From Candidatus Hydrogenedentota bacterium (GTDB taxonomy: Bacteria > Hydrogenedentota > Hydrogenedentia > Hydrogenedentales > SLHB01), in the NCBI GenBank assembly GCA_045863295.1, contig BTWA01000013.1, positions 32,001-96,000 on the forward strand: a DNA stretch of 64,000 nt, in the 5' to 3' direction. The position numbers and the translations under genes are program-made. This document shows, piece by piece, positions 9,288 through 20,560 of the stretch. How positions within the stretch are numbered: position 1 is the stretch's first letter; the number at the start of each line of letters is the position of its first letter. The notes below the pieces were generated by a model. That model had not been told where the DNA came from and ran no database searches. It saw nothing but the letters and a program-made list of their open reading frames with translations.

Positions 9288-10394
9288 TCAGAGGATGGAC
9301 TTTTCCGTGTCGATGTCAAAGTAGTGAGCGCGATCCATGGCCACGTCGAGCACGAGCTGCGTGTTCACTTCCGGTTCCACATCGGTGATGACGCGGGCCG
9401 TGATGGCGCGATCGCCGAGGGTCAAGTACAGGTTGATCTCCGAGCCCATGGGTTCCACGACTTCGACATTGGTGCGGATGCTGCCGCCGTCCTTGGGAAC
9501 CTGGTTGGGATTTTGCAGGAAGTGTTCGGGCCGGATACCCAGCGTGACTCGTTTGCCCGCGTACGGGGTGAGGGCTTCGCGATGGGACTGTGCGACATCG
9601 ACGTGGACGACCCCTGTCGCGTCACGGAAACGCATGGCGCCGTTTGAGGCTTCGATTGTGCCCTCGATGAAATTCATGGGCGGGCTTCCAATGAAGCCGG
9701 CGACGAATTTATTCACGGGTTTGTTGTATAACTCCAAAGGCGGCGCGATCTGCTGAATCTCTCCGCTCAGCATCACGACAATGCGATCGCCCATGGTCAT
9801 GGCTTCGACCTGATCGTGGGTTACATAGATCATGGTGGATTGCAGGCGCGTATGCAATTTGTTGATTTCCGCGCGCATCTGCACGCGCAACTTGGCATCC
9901 AGGTTCGAAAGCGGCTCGTCAAACAAGAACACCTTGGGTTGGCGCACAATTGCGCGGCCGACGGCGACTCGTTGGCGTTCGCCTCCGGACAGTGCCTTGG
10001 GTTTCCGGTCGAGCAGGTGTTCGATGCTGAGGATGCGCGCGGCTTCGCGCACGCGGCGGTCGATCTCGTCCTTTGGAAACCGCCGAAGCATCAAGCCGAA
10101 GGCCATGTTTTTGTAGACGGTCATGTGCGGGTAGAGTGCGTAATTCTGAAATACCATTGCGATGTCGCGATCTTTTGGGGGCACATCGTTGACCAGGGTA
10201 TCTCCGATGTGAATCTCTCCTGAAGAGATCTCTTCGAGTCCGGCGATCATACGAAGGGTGGTTGACTTGCCGCATCCGGAAGGGCCGACAAGAACGACAA
10301 ACTCCTTGTCTTCAACCACCAGACTCGCGCCCTTGACCGCAGGCACGCCGCCTGCGTACATCTTGCAGACATTCTGGAGTTCTACCCGCGCCAT
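9288..10394 (-). CDS. sugar ABC transporter ATP-binding protein (MalK/UgpC/MsmX type)
   Basis: GPSGCGKST, MVFQNYALYPHM, LSGGERQR, FDEPLSNLDAKLR, FIGSPPMN; C-terminal TOBE region. Confidence 0.93.
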   Translation of the reverse strand: MARVELQNVCKMYAGGVPAVKGASLVVEDKEFVVLVGPSGCGKSTTLRMIAGLEEISSGEIHIGDTLVNDVPPKDRDIAMVFQNYALYPHMTVYKNMAFGLMLRRFPKDEIDRRVREAARILSIEHLLDRKPKALSGGERQRVAVGRAIVRQPKVFLFDEPLSNLDAKLRVQMRAEINKLHTRLQSTMIYVTHDQVEAMTMGDRIVVMLSGEIQQIAPPLELYNKPVNKFVAGFIGSPPMNFIEGTIEASNGAMRFRDATGVVHVDVAQSHREALTPYAGKRVTLGIRPEHFLQNPNQVPKDGGSIRTNVEVVEPMGSEINLYLTLGDRAITARVITDVEPEVNTQLVLDVAMDRAHYFDIDTEKSIL

Positions 10395-10555
10395 GAATTG
10401 TCGCACTCCTTTAGAAGGCGGTTGGTATGACAGGCGATGCGCCCAAACGGGGGGCCTGATAAACTGCGGGATGATAACGCACGCTCAGAGATGAGTCAAG
10501 GCGATGCGCTCCGGTGGTAGAGGAAATATGTTTGCGCGGCGGTGACGTGCGGGGG

Positions 10556-10924
10556 TCAGATGGCGAACTGGTGTGCAAAGTGCTCTTCCATGCCGATGAT
10601 GTTGCCGTCGCCATCGCGGAATTGTGTGAAGCGCGGTCCGGACCCTTCCTGACGCGGAGGGTTGACTTCGACACCCATCTGTTCGAGCATTCGAACAGCC
10701 GCATCTATGTCATCCACGGCGAAGTAGGGAACGGGGCCGCAGCCAATGCCGCCGGCGCCGCGGGAGGCGTGCAACGCCAGCCGACCGGCCTTCTCATGGA
10801 CCAGCACGGCGTATTCGCCAGTTATGTGCCGCTCCACGGTGAAATCCAGGTGGTTGACATACCAGAGTACCGCCTGATCCACTGATGGGGTGTACAGCAT
10901 GACATAGGAGAACCCGGCGAACAT
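10556..10924 (-). CDS. VOC/glyoxalase family protein
   Basis: PYFAVDDIDAA...FRDGDGNIIG pattern; GGAAGG RBS. Confidence 0.82.
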   Translation of the reverse strand: MFAGFSYVMLYTPSVDQAVLWYVNHLDFTVERHITGEYAVLVHEKAGRLALHASRGAGGIGCGPVPYFAVDDIDAAVRMLEQMGVEVNPPRQEGSGPRFTQFRDGDGNIIGMEEHFAHQFAI

Positions 10925-10950
10925 GGCCCTTCCTTTCGCTTTGCAGTCCA

Positions 10951-13275
10951 TCACTCGCGTTCAAGAACACCGCGGATGGTACTTAGCAATTGAATTGCCG
11001 TAAACGGCTTTTCGATGAAGCCACTTGAGTAGGCGCGAATTTTGTCGTTAAACATCGATTGTTCAAAATATCCGGACATGAACACGATACGTTGATCGAG
11101 CATCAGCTCCTGCATTCGCTGTGCAAAATCCGGTCCGCTCACGGCAGGCATGACCACATCCGACAGGACGATGTTTACGGACTGGTTGCTCATGGCAAGG
11201 AGGTTAATCGCTTCTTCTCCATCCCTGGCCTCGAGCACTTTGTATCCGTATGTGGTCAAAGCCCGGCGGATATACTGCCGCACGCTGTCGTTGTCTTCAA
11301 CTACGAGTACCGTTTCCGAGCCCTGCAAGGTTTCGGGTGGCATGAACTCCGGCACATAGGCAACCGGCACGCCGCCCGCCTGTGCGCGAGGAAAGTATAC
11401 TTTGAATGTAGTACCGAATCCTTCTTCGCTGTAGACCCAGACGGTGCCACCGCTTTGCTTTACGATTCCATAGACGGTTGCCAGTCCGAGTCCGGTGCCT
11501 TTGCCCACTTCCTTGGTGGTAAAGAACGGTTCAAATATCCTGGCCTGTGTGGCTTGGTCCATGCCTGTGCCGGTATCCGACACAGTCAATTGCACGTACT
11601 CGCCGACTTCCGTCTCAAAATGACTGTCGACGTAGGCTTTGTCGAGGTAGGCGTTCTCCGTTCGGATTTGCAGCGAGCCGCCGTCGGGCATCGCGTCGCA
11701 CGCATTGACCACGAGATTCAGAATGACCTGTTCGATTTGCGCGGCATCGGCCCAGACCGGATGCACGGAACGTGAAAGGTCAGTAGCCAATTGAATGTGC
11801 TCGGGCACAACGCGCTTCAGCATGCGTTGCATATCGCCAACGATGACATTCAGATCCAGCAATTCCGGCCGCAATACCTGTTGTCTCGAAAATGCGAGCA
11901 ATTGCCGGGTCAGGTTGGCCGCGCTCTTGCCTGCTTTTTGAATCTGTATTACGTCCTCTTTCAGTGGATGTCCATCGTCGAGATCGGCAAGCACGAGTTC
12001 GGCATAGCCATTTATCGTGGTCAGAATATTGTTGAAGTCGTGGGCAATGCCGCTGGTGAGTTGGCCGAACGCGTCCATCCGCTGCAAGTGGCGCAATTGA
12101 TTTTCCAAGGCGACTTCGTTGGTCACGTCGCGTTGGGTGGCAACGTAGTTGACAATGGTGCCGCGCGCGTTCCGGACGGGAGTCACCGTGCAGTCCACTT
12201 CCACGATTTTACCGCTTTTAGATTTGTTGATGAACCGGCCCTGCCAGACTTTTCCCGCGCTGATTCCATTCCACATATCCTTGTAGGTCTTCGAATCCAT
12301 CCGGCCGCTTTTCAACATTCGCGGATTCTTTCCCAGCACTTCCTGCTCCGCGAACTCCGTGGTTTCGACGAATGCGGCATTTACGTACACAATGGCGCCG
12401 TTGGGATCCGTGATCATCACGGGATTGGCTGTCTGTTGGAGTGCCGTGGCCAGCCTGAGTTGTTCCATTTCTTCCGTATGTTTTTTTGTTTCGTCGCGAA
12501 GGACCAGGACGCAGCCTTTGGTTTCCACGTCGGGACCTCCTTTTAGCGGATACACGCTCAAGCGTATGTAGCGCGGGCCATGTTCGTTGGAAGGCGCCAA
12601 TTCAAATCCGAATTCGGCTTCCTGCGTACACTGCACCAAGTCCTTGCAGGAGAAGTTCTCGTCCTTGTTTTCGTAGGCGCCGCACGATTTGGTCAGGCCG
12701 TACCGATCGCCCCACAGTGTTACATTGACCAGCGGTTCCTGTGCGGCGAGGATATCAAGCGCCTGCTGGTTGGCGATCAAACTGTTTCCATCAACGTCCG
12801 TCACCACGATGCCATCGGCGATGCTGTGCAGTACAGCCGAGAGAATATTGGTTTGCCTTTGCAGGGCCGCATCAACCCGTGTGCGTTCGATGGCATAGCG
12901 TATGGCCCGCGACAGCGTGCCGCCGTCAATACGGCCTTTGACGAGATAGTCCTGCGCTCCACTCCGTACCGCCTTGAGTGCGGTTTCCGCATCGTCCAGG
13001 CCCGATAACACGACCACCGGCACGGCCGGAAAAGCCTGTTTCAGGCGGTAGTAGGTATCCAAGCCGCTGGAATCGGGCAAGCCGAGATCGAGCAACACGA
13101 CTTCGAACGGGCTTTCCGAAAGGCGATCAAAGGCGGCAGACAGCCGATTCTCTGATGTGACGAGGAACTTGTGGCGGTCCTCCTCGATCAGCAATTCGCG
13201 TATGAGCCGGGCATCGCCCGGATTGTCTTCAATGAGCAATACGCCAATTGCGCCGGGTTGCATTTCCATTTCCAT
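10951..13275 (-). CDS. hybrid sensor kinase (REC-PAS-PAS-HisKA-HATPase-REC)
   Basis: N-terminal REC (IEDN, LLDLGLPD), GIAHDFNN H-box, FEPFFTTKEVGKGTGLGL, C-terminal REC (SDVVMP, KPF). Confidence 0.93.
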   Translation of the reverse strand: MEMEMQPGAIGVLLIEDNPGDARLIRELLIEEDRHKFLVTSENRLSAAFDRLSESPFEVVLLDLGLPDSSGLDTYYRLKQAFPAVPVVVLSGLDDAETALKAVRSGAQDYLVKGRIDGGTLSRAIRYAIERTRVDAALQRQTNILSAVLHSIADGIVVTDVDGNSLIANQQALDILAAQEPLVNVTLWGDRYGLTKSCGAYENKDENFSCKDLVQCTQEAEFGFELAPSNEHGPRYIRLSVYPLKGGPDVETKGCVLVLRDETKKHTEEMEQLRLATALQQTANPVMITDPNGAIVYVNAAFVETTEFAEQEVLGKNPRMLKSGRMDSKTYKDMWNGISAGKVWQGRFINKSKSGKIVEVDCTVTPVRNARGTIVNYVATQRDVTNEVALENQLRHLQRMDAFGQLTSGIAHDFNNILTTINGYAELVLADLDDGHPLKEDVIQIQKAGKSAANLTRQLLAFSRQQVLRPELLDLNVIVGDMQRMLKRVVPEHIQLATDLSRSVHPVWADAAQIEQVILNLVVNACDAMPDGGSLQIRTENAYLDKAYVDSHFETEVGEYVQLTVSDTGTGMDQATQARIFEPFFTTKEVGKGTGLGLATVYGIVKQSGGTVWVYSEEGFGTTFKVYFPRAQAGGVPVAYVPEFMPPETLQGSETVLVVEDNDSVRQYIRRALTTYGYKVLEARDGEEAINLLAMSNQSVNIVLSDVVMPAVSGPDFAQRMQELMLDQRIVFMSGYFEQSMFNDKIRAYSSGFIEKPFTAIQLLSTIRGVLERE

Positions 13276-13282
13276 ACTCCGT

Positions 13283-13723
13283 TCAGGCCGTCGGAAGTTT
13301 TACTACCGTAAGCCAGAAATCCTCGATACCGGATATGACCGTCATAAACTGATCGAAACCTACGGGTTTGTTGATGTAGCAATTTGCGTGCAGGTTGTAG
13401 GATTTGAGTATGTCCTGCTCCTGTATCGACGTGGTGAGAATGACCACGGGAATCCGGCGTAGTTCCGGATGTTCCTTAATTTCCTGCAGCACTTCCCGCC
13501 CGTCTTTGCGGGGGAGGTTCAGGTCGAGCAATACCAGATCGGGCCGGGTCGCTCCCGCGTAGATACCGCGCTGCATAATGTACTCGATAGCGTTGACGCC
13601 GTCATTGACCACGGCAATCCGGTTGCAAACTTTTGCGTCTTTGAATGCCTCGATGGTGAGCCGGACGTCGGCGGGGTTGTCTTCGACGAGCAGAATTTCG
13701 ATGGGGCGATCATTTCGTGACAT
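13283..13723 (-). CDS. single-domain response regulator (Rcp1-like)
   Basis: [48 protein letters not shown]. Confidence 0.92.
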   Translation of the reverse strand: MSRNDRPIEILLVEDNPADVRLTIEAFKDAKVCNRIAVVNDGVNAIEYIMQRGIYAGATRPDLVLLDLNLPRKDGREVLQEIKEHPELRRIPVVILTTSIQEQDILKSYNLHANCYINKPVGFDQFMTVISGIEDFWLTVVKLPTA

Positions 13724-15710
13724 GCGCCATATCCTCGTTTTGTACCGCGGTCAACGTGAAGTAAAACGTGGAACCGAGTCCGGGTTCGGATTCGACCCAT
13801 ATTTTTCCACCGTGCCGGTCTACAATCCGTTTGCAGATGGCCAGACCGATGCCGGTTCCCGGATATTGTTCCCGAGTGTGCAGCCGCTGGAATATCAAGA
13901 AAATCCGCTGATTGTATTCCTTTTCAATGCCAATGCCATTGTCTCTCACTGAAAAGATCCAAGACGTGCCGTTCCGAACGGCGCTCACATGCACATGAGG
14001 CGAATCCTTGCCGCGAAACTTCAATGCATTTGCAATCAGATTCTGAAAGAGCTGAACCAGTTGGGTTTCGTCAGCCATGACCTCGGGCAATGAATCAGAT
14101 GTCACGGTTGCTTCCGCATTGCGAACGGCGGCCTGCAAATTGGCCACGGCGCTTTTGAGCGCCTGTTCGCTGGGTGTTGGAAGAATCTCACGGCCACGGC
14201 GGCCCACGCGGGAAAGCGACAGGAGGTCGTTAATCAGTTGGTGCATTCGATTTGCGCCTTCGATGGCGAAGGCGATGAACTCCCTGGCATCGGAATCCAG
14301 CTTGTCGGCATAGCGGCGTTCCAATAGCTGGACGTAGCTTCCGACCATTCTCAGTGGCTCCTGCAAATCGTGAGAGGCCACGTAGGCAAATTGTTCCAAT
14401 TCGTTGTTTGAGCGCTCCAATTCCTGGGTGTACCGGGCCAATTCGTCCTGGGTCTTTTTGCGACTCGTTACGTCGACGATCACGGCGAACACATAGGATG
14501 AGTCGCCAGTCTCGACGGGGCTCAGCCCGATCTCGGCTGGGAATTCCGTCTTGTCTTTTCGGCATCCGAACACTTGGCGGTCGGCGCCCATGGGTCTTGT
14601 CGTTTGTTCCTTCATATACGACGTCCGTAGGGCGGCGTGGTCGTGCCGAGCGCGCCCTGGCACGAGGCGGTCGACATTCATGGAGAGCAATTCGCGCTGG
14701 GAGTAGCCAAACATGCCTGCCGCCACAGGATTGGCCTGCACAATGCCGCCGTTTTTATCCACTATCAACATGCCGTATGGCGCGGATTCGAAGGCAACCG
14801 TAAACAGACCCTGCAATTGGCGTTGTATCATGTCCGCCTTGTTCAGCCCGCGTGCATTCCACCATATGAGAAAGCTGGAACCTGCTGTGAGACCCACCAG
14901 CAGAATCGCCATGCCGGCACTCGACGTGTAGAATCCTTGCTTTTGTCCCCACCACAGCAAGTAAAAGCTGAGGACGGGCGCAAATACCGCAACGGGAATC
15001 ATGCGCCGAGCCATGGCCGCGCCGATGTAGCCGCTATTGAACTCGGCCATAAGGCCTTGATGCGGTCTGGCAGACAAGTACGCCACGCATACCACCAAGA
15101 ATAGACTCGCCGTTTGAAACGACATTTGGGTGTATGAGGTAAGCGAACTCGCCGAGATTGTGAATAGCCGGGCGACGAAGTTAACAAAAGCGGTAAATGC
15201 GAGTATGGCAACCGCATATTGAAACGGCAGTTCACGCCCGAATAGCCGGGTATCCATGAAGATGGTTGCTATTCCAAGAATCACAAACGCGATGGAGGTG
15301 CTCAGAGCCATCCGGTTGGGGTGTTCAATGACCCCATGATTGGCGGTGTCTTCAATCAGGATTTCGTCCACCAACAGGTCCACGTCGAATACATGCTGGG
15401 CCACGGTCAGTGCGGCGATGAGCGTGGCAAGCAGTGCGAGGGCTTGCCCGGCGCTATACCCGTTACGCGAAGTGGAATACGGATGCCGGGATTGGATTGC
15501 AAGGGCAAGGCAGATGAGCAGGAAGCAGAGGGCCGTGTTGAATACGATAATGCCCATGGCGGGATAGAATGTCCGGAGCAAGGGCCAATTCAGCACCCAA
15601 CTCAACACGACCGCACCGCTTCCGGCGATGCCCAGCGTTAGAGAGACATACAGCAATGGATTGCTTCGAACCGGCTGCGCACTTGTGGGGGGCTTCAGCG
15701 GCATGGCCAA
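13710..15710 (-). CDS. membrane PAS sensor histidine kinase
   Basis: Multi-TM N-terminus, [22 protein letters not shown]-box, [18 protein letters not shown]. Confidence 0.92.
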   Translation of the reverse strand: MAMPLKPPTSAQPVRSNPLLYVSLTLGIAGSGAVVLSWVLNWPLLRTFYPAMGIIVFNTALCFLLICLALAIQSRHPYSTSRNGYSAGQALALLATLIAALTVAQHVFDVDLLVDEILIEDTANHGVIEHPNRMALSTSIAFVILGIATIFMDTRLFGRELPFQYAVAILAFTAFVNFVARLFTISASSLTSYTQMSFQTASLFLVVCVAYLSARPHQGLMAEFNSGYIGAAMARRMIPVAVFAPVLSFYLLWWGQKQGFYTSSAGMAILLVGLTAGSSFLIWWNARGLNKADMIQRQLQGLFTVAFESAPYGMLIVDKNGGIVQANPVAAGMFGYSQRELLSMNVDRLVPGRARHDHAALRTSYMKEQTTRPMGADRQVFGCRKDKTEFPAEIGLSPVETGDSSYVFAVIVDVTSRKKTQDELARYTQELERSNNELEQFAYVASHDLQEPLRMVGSYVQLLERRYADKLDSDAREFIAFAIEGANRMHQLINDLLSLSRVGRRGREILPTPSEQALKSAVANLQAAVRNAEATVTSDSLPEVMADETQLVQLFQNLIANALKFRGKDSPHVHVSAVRNGTSWIFSVRDNGIGIEKEYNQRIFLIFQRLHTREQYPGTGIGLAICKRIVDRHGGKIWVESEPGLGSTFYFTLTAVQNEDMAHVTK

Positions 15711-15814
15711 AATGTTCCACTCTTGAGCAAGTCTCGCTACGACAATAGGTAATTATAGTGTATTAATTGTTTCCTTTTGTCAATATTCCGGGTTTGCGAA
15801 AATTCTTGATGGCG

Positions 15815-16046
15815 TTAGCCCGCATTTTGCGCCACGCTTAAACCGTGCGTGGAAGACTGAAGTACAGTCTCTGGGAACGAACGAGTACAGTCGTTGCGGT
15901 GCAAAATGTTCACACAGAATTGTTTGGGCTTGAAACGCTAAGGATATTTCACGAGCACACCGTACTTACATCGGATGGGTCAATGGTCCGGTGGATTGGT
16001 TGTTACACAGTCAATTGGACAATGTCGTGAAATATCCGGGGTTTAG
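15815..16046. mobile_element. MITE-like non-coding element, copy B (inverted relative to copy A)
   Basis: TTAG at both ends (15815-15818, 16043-16046); perfect 13-bp IR GGATATTTCACGA (15942-15954)/TCGTGAAATATCC (16025-16037). Confidence 0.7.
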
Positions 16047-16065
16047 AGTTGCAGTAGTTGCTTAC

Positions 16066-16101
16066 AAAAAAGGGGTGCCGCACCCGTATGTGCGGCACCC
16101 C
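16066..16101 (-). terminator. intrinsic terminator of fba
   Basis: 12-bp stem GGGGTGCCGCAC/GTGCGGCACCCC followed by T6 on the minus strand. Confidence 0.9.
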
Positions 16102-16125
16102 CAGCAGCTAATATTTCGAAACCGG

Positions 16126-17184
16126 CTACTTTACGCCTGCAGCCGCTTCTTGCACGTAGAACGCTTTGAAATCGCCCAAGGACTTGGGGGCGTAGTCTCC
16201 GGCATGGCCCGCTTGGCCAAAGGCCAGCATGCGCGCCTTGTACATTTCCGTCGCGGCCGCACGGGCGGGTGTGAGCCAGTCGCGGGGGTCGAATTTGTCG
16301 GGGTGTTCGACAAAGACCTTGCGCACCGCGCCGGTCATGGCCAGCCGCATGTCCGTGTCCACATTGATTTTGCGAACGCCGTGCTTGATGCCATCCTGAA
16401 TCTGTTCGACCGGGATGCCGTAGGCACCCTTCATTTGGCCGCCGTACTTGTTGATGACGTCCACGAGCTCTTTGGGCACCGAGCTTGAGCCGTGCATCAC
16501 CATGTGGCAGTTGGGCATGCGGCCGTGAATATCGTGGATACGTTCCATGGCCAGGGCCGGAGGCATAGTCTCTCCGGTTTTGGGATTGACTCGCAACGAT
16601 TTGTACGCGCCGTGGCTTGTGCCAATGGCCACCGCCAAGGCATCCACGCCTGTCAGCGCGACAAATTCCTCGGCTTGTGCCGGGTCGGTGAGGTGGGATG
16701 TGTCGTCCAAGTCAATGCCGGCTCCGTGGCCGTCTTCAATACCGCCGAGGCACCCCAATTCGCCTTCGACTGTCACTCCGACAGCGTGGGCCATTTCCAC
16801 GACTTCGCGGGTTACGCGCACGTTTTCTTCGTAGGAATTGGGGGTCTTGCCGTCTTCGCCGAGCGAGCCGTCCATCATTACCGAGGTGAAGCCGAGTTCG
16901 ATGGCTTTCTTGCAGCTATCCGGGCTGTTGCCATGATCCAGATGGAGCGCGACCGGAATTTCGGGGTGCAATTCGACCGCCGCGAGGACGAGGTTGCGCA
17001 GGTACAGCTGCTGGGCATATTTCAAGGCGCCGCGGCTGACCTGAATAATCACCGGGCTCTTGGTTTCCACGGCGGCGCCCATGATGGCTTGGATTTGTTC
17101 CATGTTGTTGACGTTGAAAGCGCCAACGCCATAGCCGCCTTTCGCGGCTTCGTCGAGAATCTGTCGCATAGGCACGAGCGCCAT
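16126..17184 (-). CDS. fba: class II fructose-bisphosphate aldolase
   Basis: [51 protein letters not shown]. Confidence 0.96.
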   Translation of the reverse strand: MALVPMRQILDEAAKGGYGVGAFNVNNMEQIQAIMGAAVETKSPVIIQVSRGALKYAQQLYLRNLVLAAVELHPEIPVALHLDHGNSPDSCKKAIELGFTSVMMDGSLGEDGKTPNSYEENVRVTREVVEMAHAVGVTVEGELGCLGGIEDGHGAGIDLDDTSHLTDPAQAEEFVALTGVDALAVAIGTSHGAYKSLRVNPKTGETMPPALAMERIHDIHGRMPNCHMVMHGSSSVPKELVDVINKYGGQMKGAYGIPVEQIQDGIKHGVRKINVDTDMRLAMTGAVRKVFVEHPDKFDPRDWLTPARAAATEMYKARMLAFGQAGHAGDYAPKSLGDFKAFYVQEAAAGVK

Positions 17185-17402
17185 GGTTTCCCTCTCCTAA
17201 TCACTTCCGGGTTGATGTGTTTTCTTTCTTAAGAATCGCCCGCGCCGCACCTGGAAGGAAGGTAAGGAAGCGCCGTAAGGAGCCATGCCCGCGAGCGGTA
17301 TTCGAAGGCCTAGTTTAGCACGCGTAGGCGGGAAAGTGCAAAAGTGACACGGTCTTCCGGCCCGCGGAATGCCCATGGCACGGAATCTGGCCGCGGCAAT
17401 TA

Positions 17403-18530
17403 TTATCCCAACGCGTACAGCCGGAAGGCGCTGTCTTTTTGGGTGTCCAACATGGCGACGGCTTCGGCGGCCAGTTCGTGGGGGGAGCGCGCCGCCGCTT
17501 CACCGAAGACCTTTCCCCGATCGGGCAACGGCCCCCAACGGTCCCAGTTGTTTTTGAGAAACACGGCCAATGCAGGCACGTGCAGGGCACATGCCGCATG
17601 CATGAGGCCTGTATCCGCACCCACATATAGGTTGCACTGCGCCAGAATGGCCGAGACGTTTCGGAATGGCATCGGTTCAAGAACTACCGTACCCGCCGGG
17701 GCCATCCGTTCGATTTGGCTTTGCATCGACCGTTCATCCGGACCCAATGGAATGACGATGCGGACGCCGGCCGCCGCGAGGAGCCGCGCGGTTTCCATGT
17801 ATTTTTCCACAGGCCAGCGTTTGCCTTTCCGGCTTCGGCCCGCGGGAAACACCATAACGATCGGTTCGCGCTCAGGAACAAGATCATGTGCGTCCATCCA
17901 GGACCGAGCCGAGCGCAATTCCATGGCTGTGAGATTGAGGCGCATTCTAGGCGGAGCCATGTCAATGCCCATGTGGCTTGCCATGTGCGCCCACCGTTGT
18001 TCGCGATGGCCTCGTTTCGGCGGCATGGGAATCGGTCTGCTGTACGCGGTTGTCCGGCCGGATGAGCGGACACCCATCTTGCAGGGGGATGAGGCGAGGG
18101 CGACCAACAAGCCATCCACCTTGGCGCCAAACCCGCCGTCTATTATCACATCGTACGCTTCCGATTCGACGCTGCGCAGTAGCGACAAAAGGCGCCAGGG
18201 TTTGTAGAGCATCTCCCGGTGAAACTCGTGAAATCGCGCGATTCCCAATCCATCCAATAGCGTCCGCGTGTTTCGGTGTGCCAGAAAATGAACCTGCGCA
18301 AAGGGGAACGCACGATTTGCGAATTCGACGGAAGGGCTCGCCAGCAGTGTATTTCCCAGTCGTTGATTGGTGCGAACGACCAGGACTTTTCGCGCCCTCA
18401 TTCGATGGAGGTCGAATTCGGCTTGGGACATGAGGTCCGCGTTGAATACCCGCCCGCGCATGAGGCGAGACGCCAAAGCTACACCGTACGGAATACGGCG
18501 TTGAGACAACAGACCTCCGCGATGGCACAT
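17403..18530 (-). CDS. glycosyltransferase family 9 (ADP-heptose:LPS heptosyltransferase-like)
   Basis: RLGNTLL, KRWP, YVGADTGLMHAACAL motifs; true start probably downstream (~18431-18461). Confidence 0.8.
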   Translation of the reverse strand: MCHRGGLLSQRRIPYGVALASRLMRGRVFNADLMSQAEFDLHRMRARKVLVVRTNQRLGNTLLASPSVEFANRAFPFAQVHFLAHRNTRTLLDGLGIARFHEFHREMLYKPWRLLSLLRSVESEAYDVIIDGGFGAKVDGLLVALASSPCKMGVRSSGRTTAYSRPIPMPPKRGHREQRWAHMASHMGIDMAPPRMRLNLTAMELRSARSWMDAHDLVPEREPIVMVFPAGRSRKGKRWPVEKYMETARLLAAAGVRIVIPLGPDERSMQSQIERMAPAGTVVLEPMPFRNVSAILAQCNLYVGADTGLMHAACALHVPALAVFLKNNWDRWGPLPDRGKVFGEAAARSPHELAAEAVAMLDTQKDSAFRLYALG

Positions 18531-18611
18531 AAGCGGGGCCTACCCGAGTTACCCGATGCCACCACTAACAGTATATAGTATTTTCCAAACCCATACAACA
18601 AGATAATGTAG

Positions 18612-19685
18612 TCAGATTACGTAATCCTCGGCGAAGACTCTGGCGTTATGAAGTTTGAGGAATACGCGGTCGCCGGTCTGGATCCGCAGTGCGGCAAAGC
18701 GGTCGTGGGACATTTCGGCCAGCACCGGGTCGCCACTCTCTGTGAGCAACTGCAGCCGAACCATCGGGCCGGCAGATTGGATGCGGCGGATGGTCGCGGG
18801 CAATACGTCTCGACCGTTATCCCGCCGGATGTCAACTTCATATGGCCGAATGAATGCTTTGGCGGTCACACCATCGGTTAGTGGCGGCCCATTCTGGGGA
18901 AGTGAGAACGGGCCGATTTGGACCCGTCCGTCCTCCACTCGGCCGTGAAAGAGATTCACGTGACCGAGGAAATTCAAGACGAACTCGTTGGCCGGCTGGT
19001 GGAACAGTTCGTCGGGCGTGCCGTCCTGCTCTATACGCCCCTTGTTCATGACGACAACACGGTCGGCCACTTCGAGCGCTTCCTCCTGGTCGTGGGTCAC
19101 GAGGATGCTTGTAACATGAAGTTCGTCGTGTAGTCGGCGCAGCCATTGGCGCAGTTCCTGGCGCACTTTGGCATCGAGCGCGCCAAAGGGCTCGTCGAGC
19201 AAGAGCACTCTGGGTTCAATGGCCAGCGCCCGTGCCAGAGCAACGCGTTGGCGCTGTCCGCCTGACAATTGCGCAGGGTACCGCTTCTCCATGTTTTCAA
19301 GCTGGATGAGTTTCAACAGGGTGCGCACCCGGTCCTCAATCGCGTCTCTGCCAGGCCGCAATGAACGCCGTCGTACGCGCAGTCCAAAGGCGATGTTTTC
19401 GAACACGGTCATGTGCCGGAACAAGGCATAGTGTTGAAACACGAAACCCACGCCCCGTTGACCAACCCGGCTCCCCGTCACCTCCTCTTCGTTGAAATAT
19501 ATTTCTGACCCCTTCTTTCGATCGGCCAGTTCGAGGCCGGCGATGATGCGCAATAGCGTCGTCTTGCCGGATCCGGACGGGCCAAGTAAGGCCACCAGTT
19601 CACCTTCGTCAATCTTGAGGCTCACATCGCGCAGTGCGGCAAAGGTTCCAAAGGTCTTCGACACATTCTTGACTTCAATGCTCAT
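18612..19685 (-). CDS. cysA: sulfate ABC transporter ATP-binding protein
   Basis: [47 protein letters not shown]; adjacent to cysTW. Confidence 0.95.
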   Translation of the reverse strand: MSIEVKNVSKTFGTFAALRDVSLKIDEGELVALLGPSGSGKTTLLRIIAGLELADRKKGSEIYFNEEEVTGSRVGQRGVGFVFQHYALFRHMTVFENIAFGLRVRRRSLRPGRDAIEDRVRTLLKLIQLENMEKRYPAQLSGGQRQRVALARALAIEPRVLLLDEPFGALDAKVRQELRQWLRRLHDELHVTSILVTHDQEEALEVADRVVVMNKGRIEQDGTPDELFHQPANEFVLNFLGHVNLFHGRVEDGRVQIGPFSLPQNGPPLTDGVTAKAFIRPYEVDIRRDNGRDVLPATIRRIQSAGPMVRLQLLTESGDPVLAEMSHDRFAALRIQTGDRVFLKLHNARVFAEDYVI

Positions 19686-20560
19686 GTCAGCCGCTCTCCT
19701 CGCGCTTCTTCGGCCGCTTCGGCGTACGATTGGTTCACATTCCATTCCACCAGCGATTTAGCAATCAGGGTCACAAGCGCAAGAAACGCCAGAATCGACG
19801 CGGCTGCAAATGCCGCCACGAAATTGTATTCGTTGTACAGGATCTCAACGTGCAGCGGGATGGTGTTGGTTAGCCCGCGTATATGCCCTGATACCACCGA
19901 AACGGCGCCGAACTCGCCCATGGCCCGTGCGTTGCAGAGAATGACGCCATAGAGCAGCGCCCACTTCACATTGGGAAGCGTAACACGCCGGTAGGTCTGC
20001 AACCCGCTTGCCCCTAGAAGCAACGCCGCGTGTTCTTCATCCGTACCCTGTTCTTGCATGAGGGGAATCAGTTCGCGCGCCACAAAAGGAAAGGTGACGA
20101 AGATCGTAGCCAACACGATGCCCGGCACAGCGAAAATAATCTTGATGTCGTGCTCGCTCAACCACGGCCCGAACCATCCCTGTAATCCGAACAGCAGGAC
20201 AAATATGAGGCCCGATATCACCGGCGATACGGCAAACGGAAGATCGATGAGCGTAATCAACAGGTTGCGCCCCGGGAATTCGAATTTCGCCAAGGCCCAG
20301 GACGCAGCCAAGCCAAAGATCAGATTCACCGGCACCGCCACCGCCGCCGAAATCAATGTCAGCCGGACCGCAGCCAGGGCATCGGGCTCCCGCAAACTGG
20401 CCCAATAGACCCCGGCGCCTTTCCGGAACGCCTCCACAAATACGGCGGCCAGGGGAACCACAAGAAAGGAGAGCAAGAATACGATAGTAACTAACAGTAG
20501 TGCGAGTTGCACCCAGATTGGATCGCGTGTCGAACGCTTCGCGGTGGACTGTGCGGCCAT
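19682..20560 (-). CDS. cysW: sulfate ABC transporter permease
   Basis: [45 protein letters not shown]. Confidence 0.95.
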   Translation of the reverse strand: MAAQSTAKRSTRDPIWVQLALLLVTIVFLLSFLVVPLAAVFVEAFRKGAGVYWASLREPDALAAVRLTLISAAVAVPVNLIFGLAASWALAKFEFPGRNLLITLIDLPFAVSPVISGLIFVLLFGLQGWFGPWLSEHDIKIIFAVPGIVLATIFVTFPFVARELIPLMQEQGTDEEHAALLLGASGLQTYRRVTLPNVKWALLYGVILCNARAMGEFGAVSVVSGHIRGLTNTIPLHVEILYNEYNFVAAFAAASILAFLALVTLIAKSLVEWNVNQSYAEAAEEARGERLT

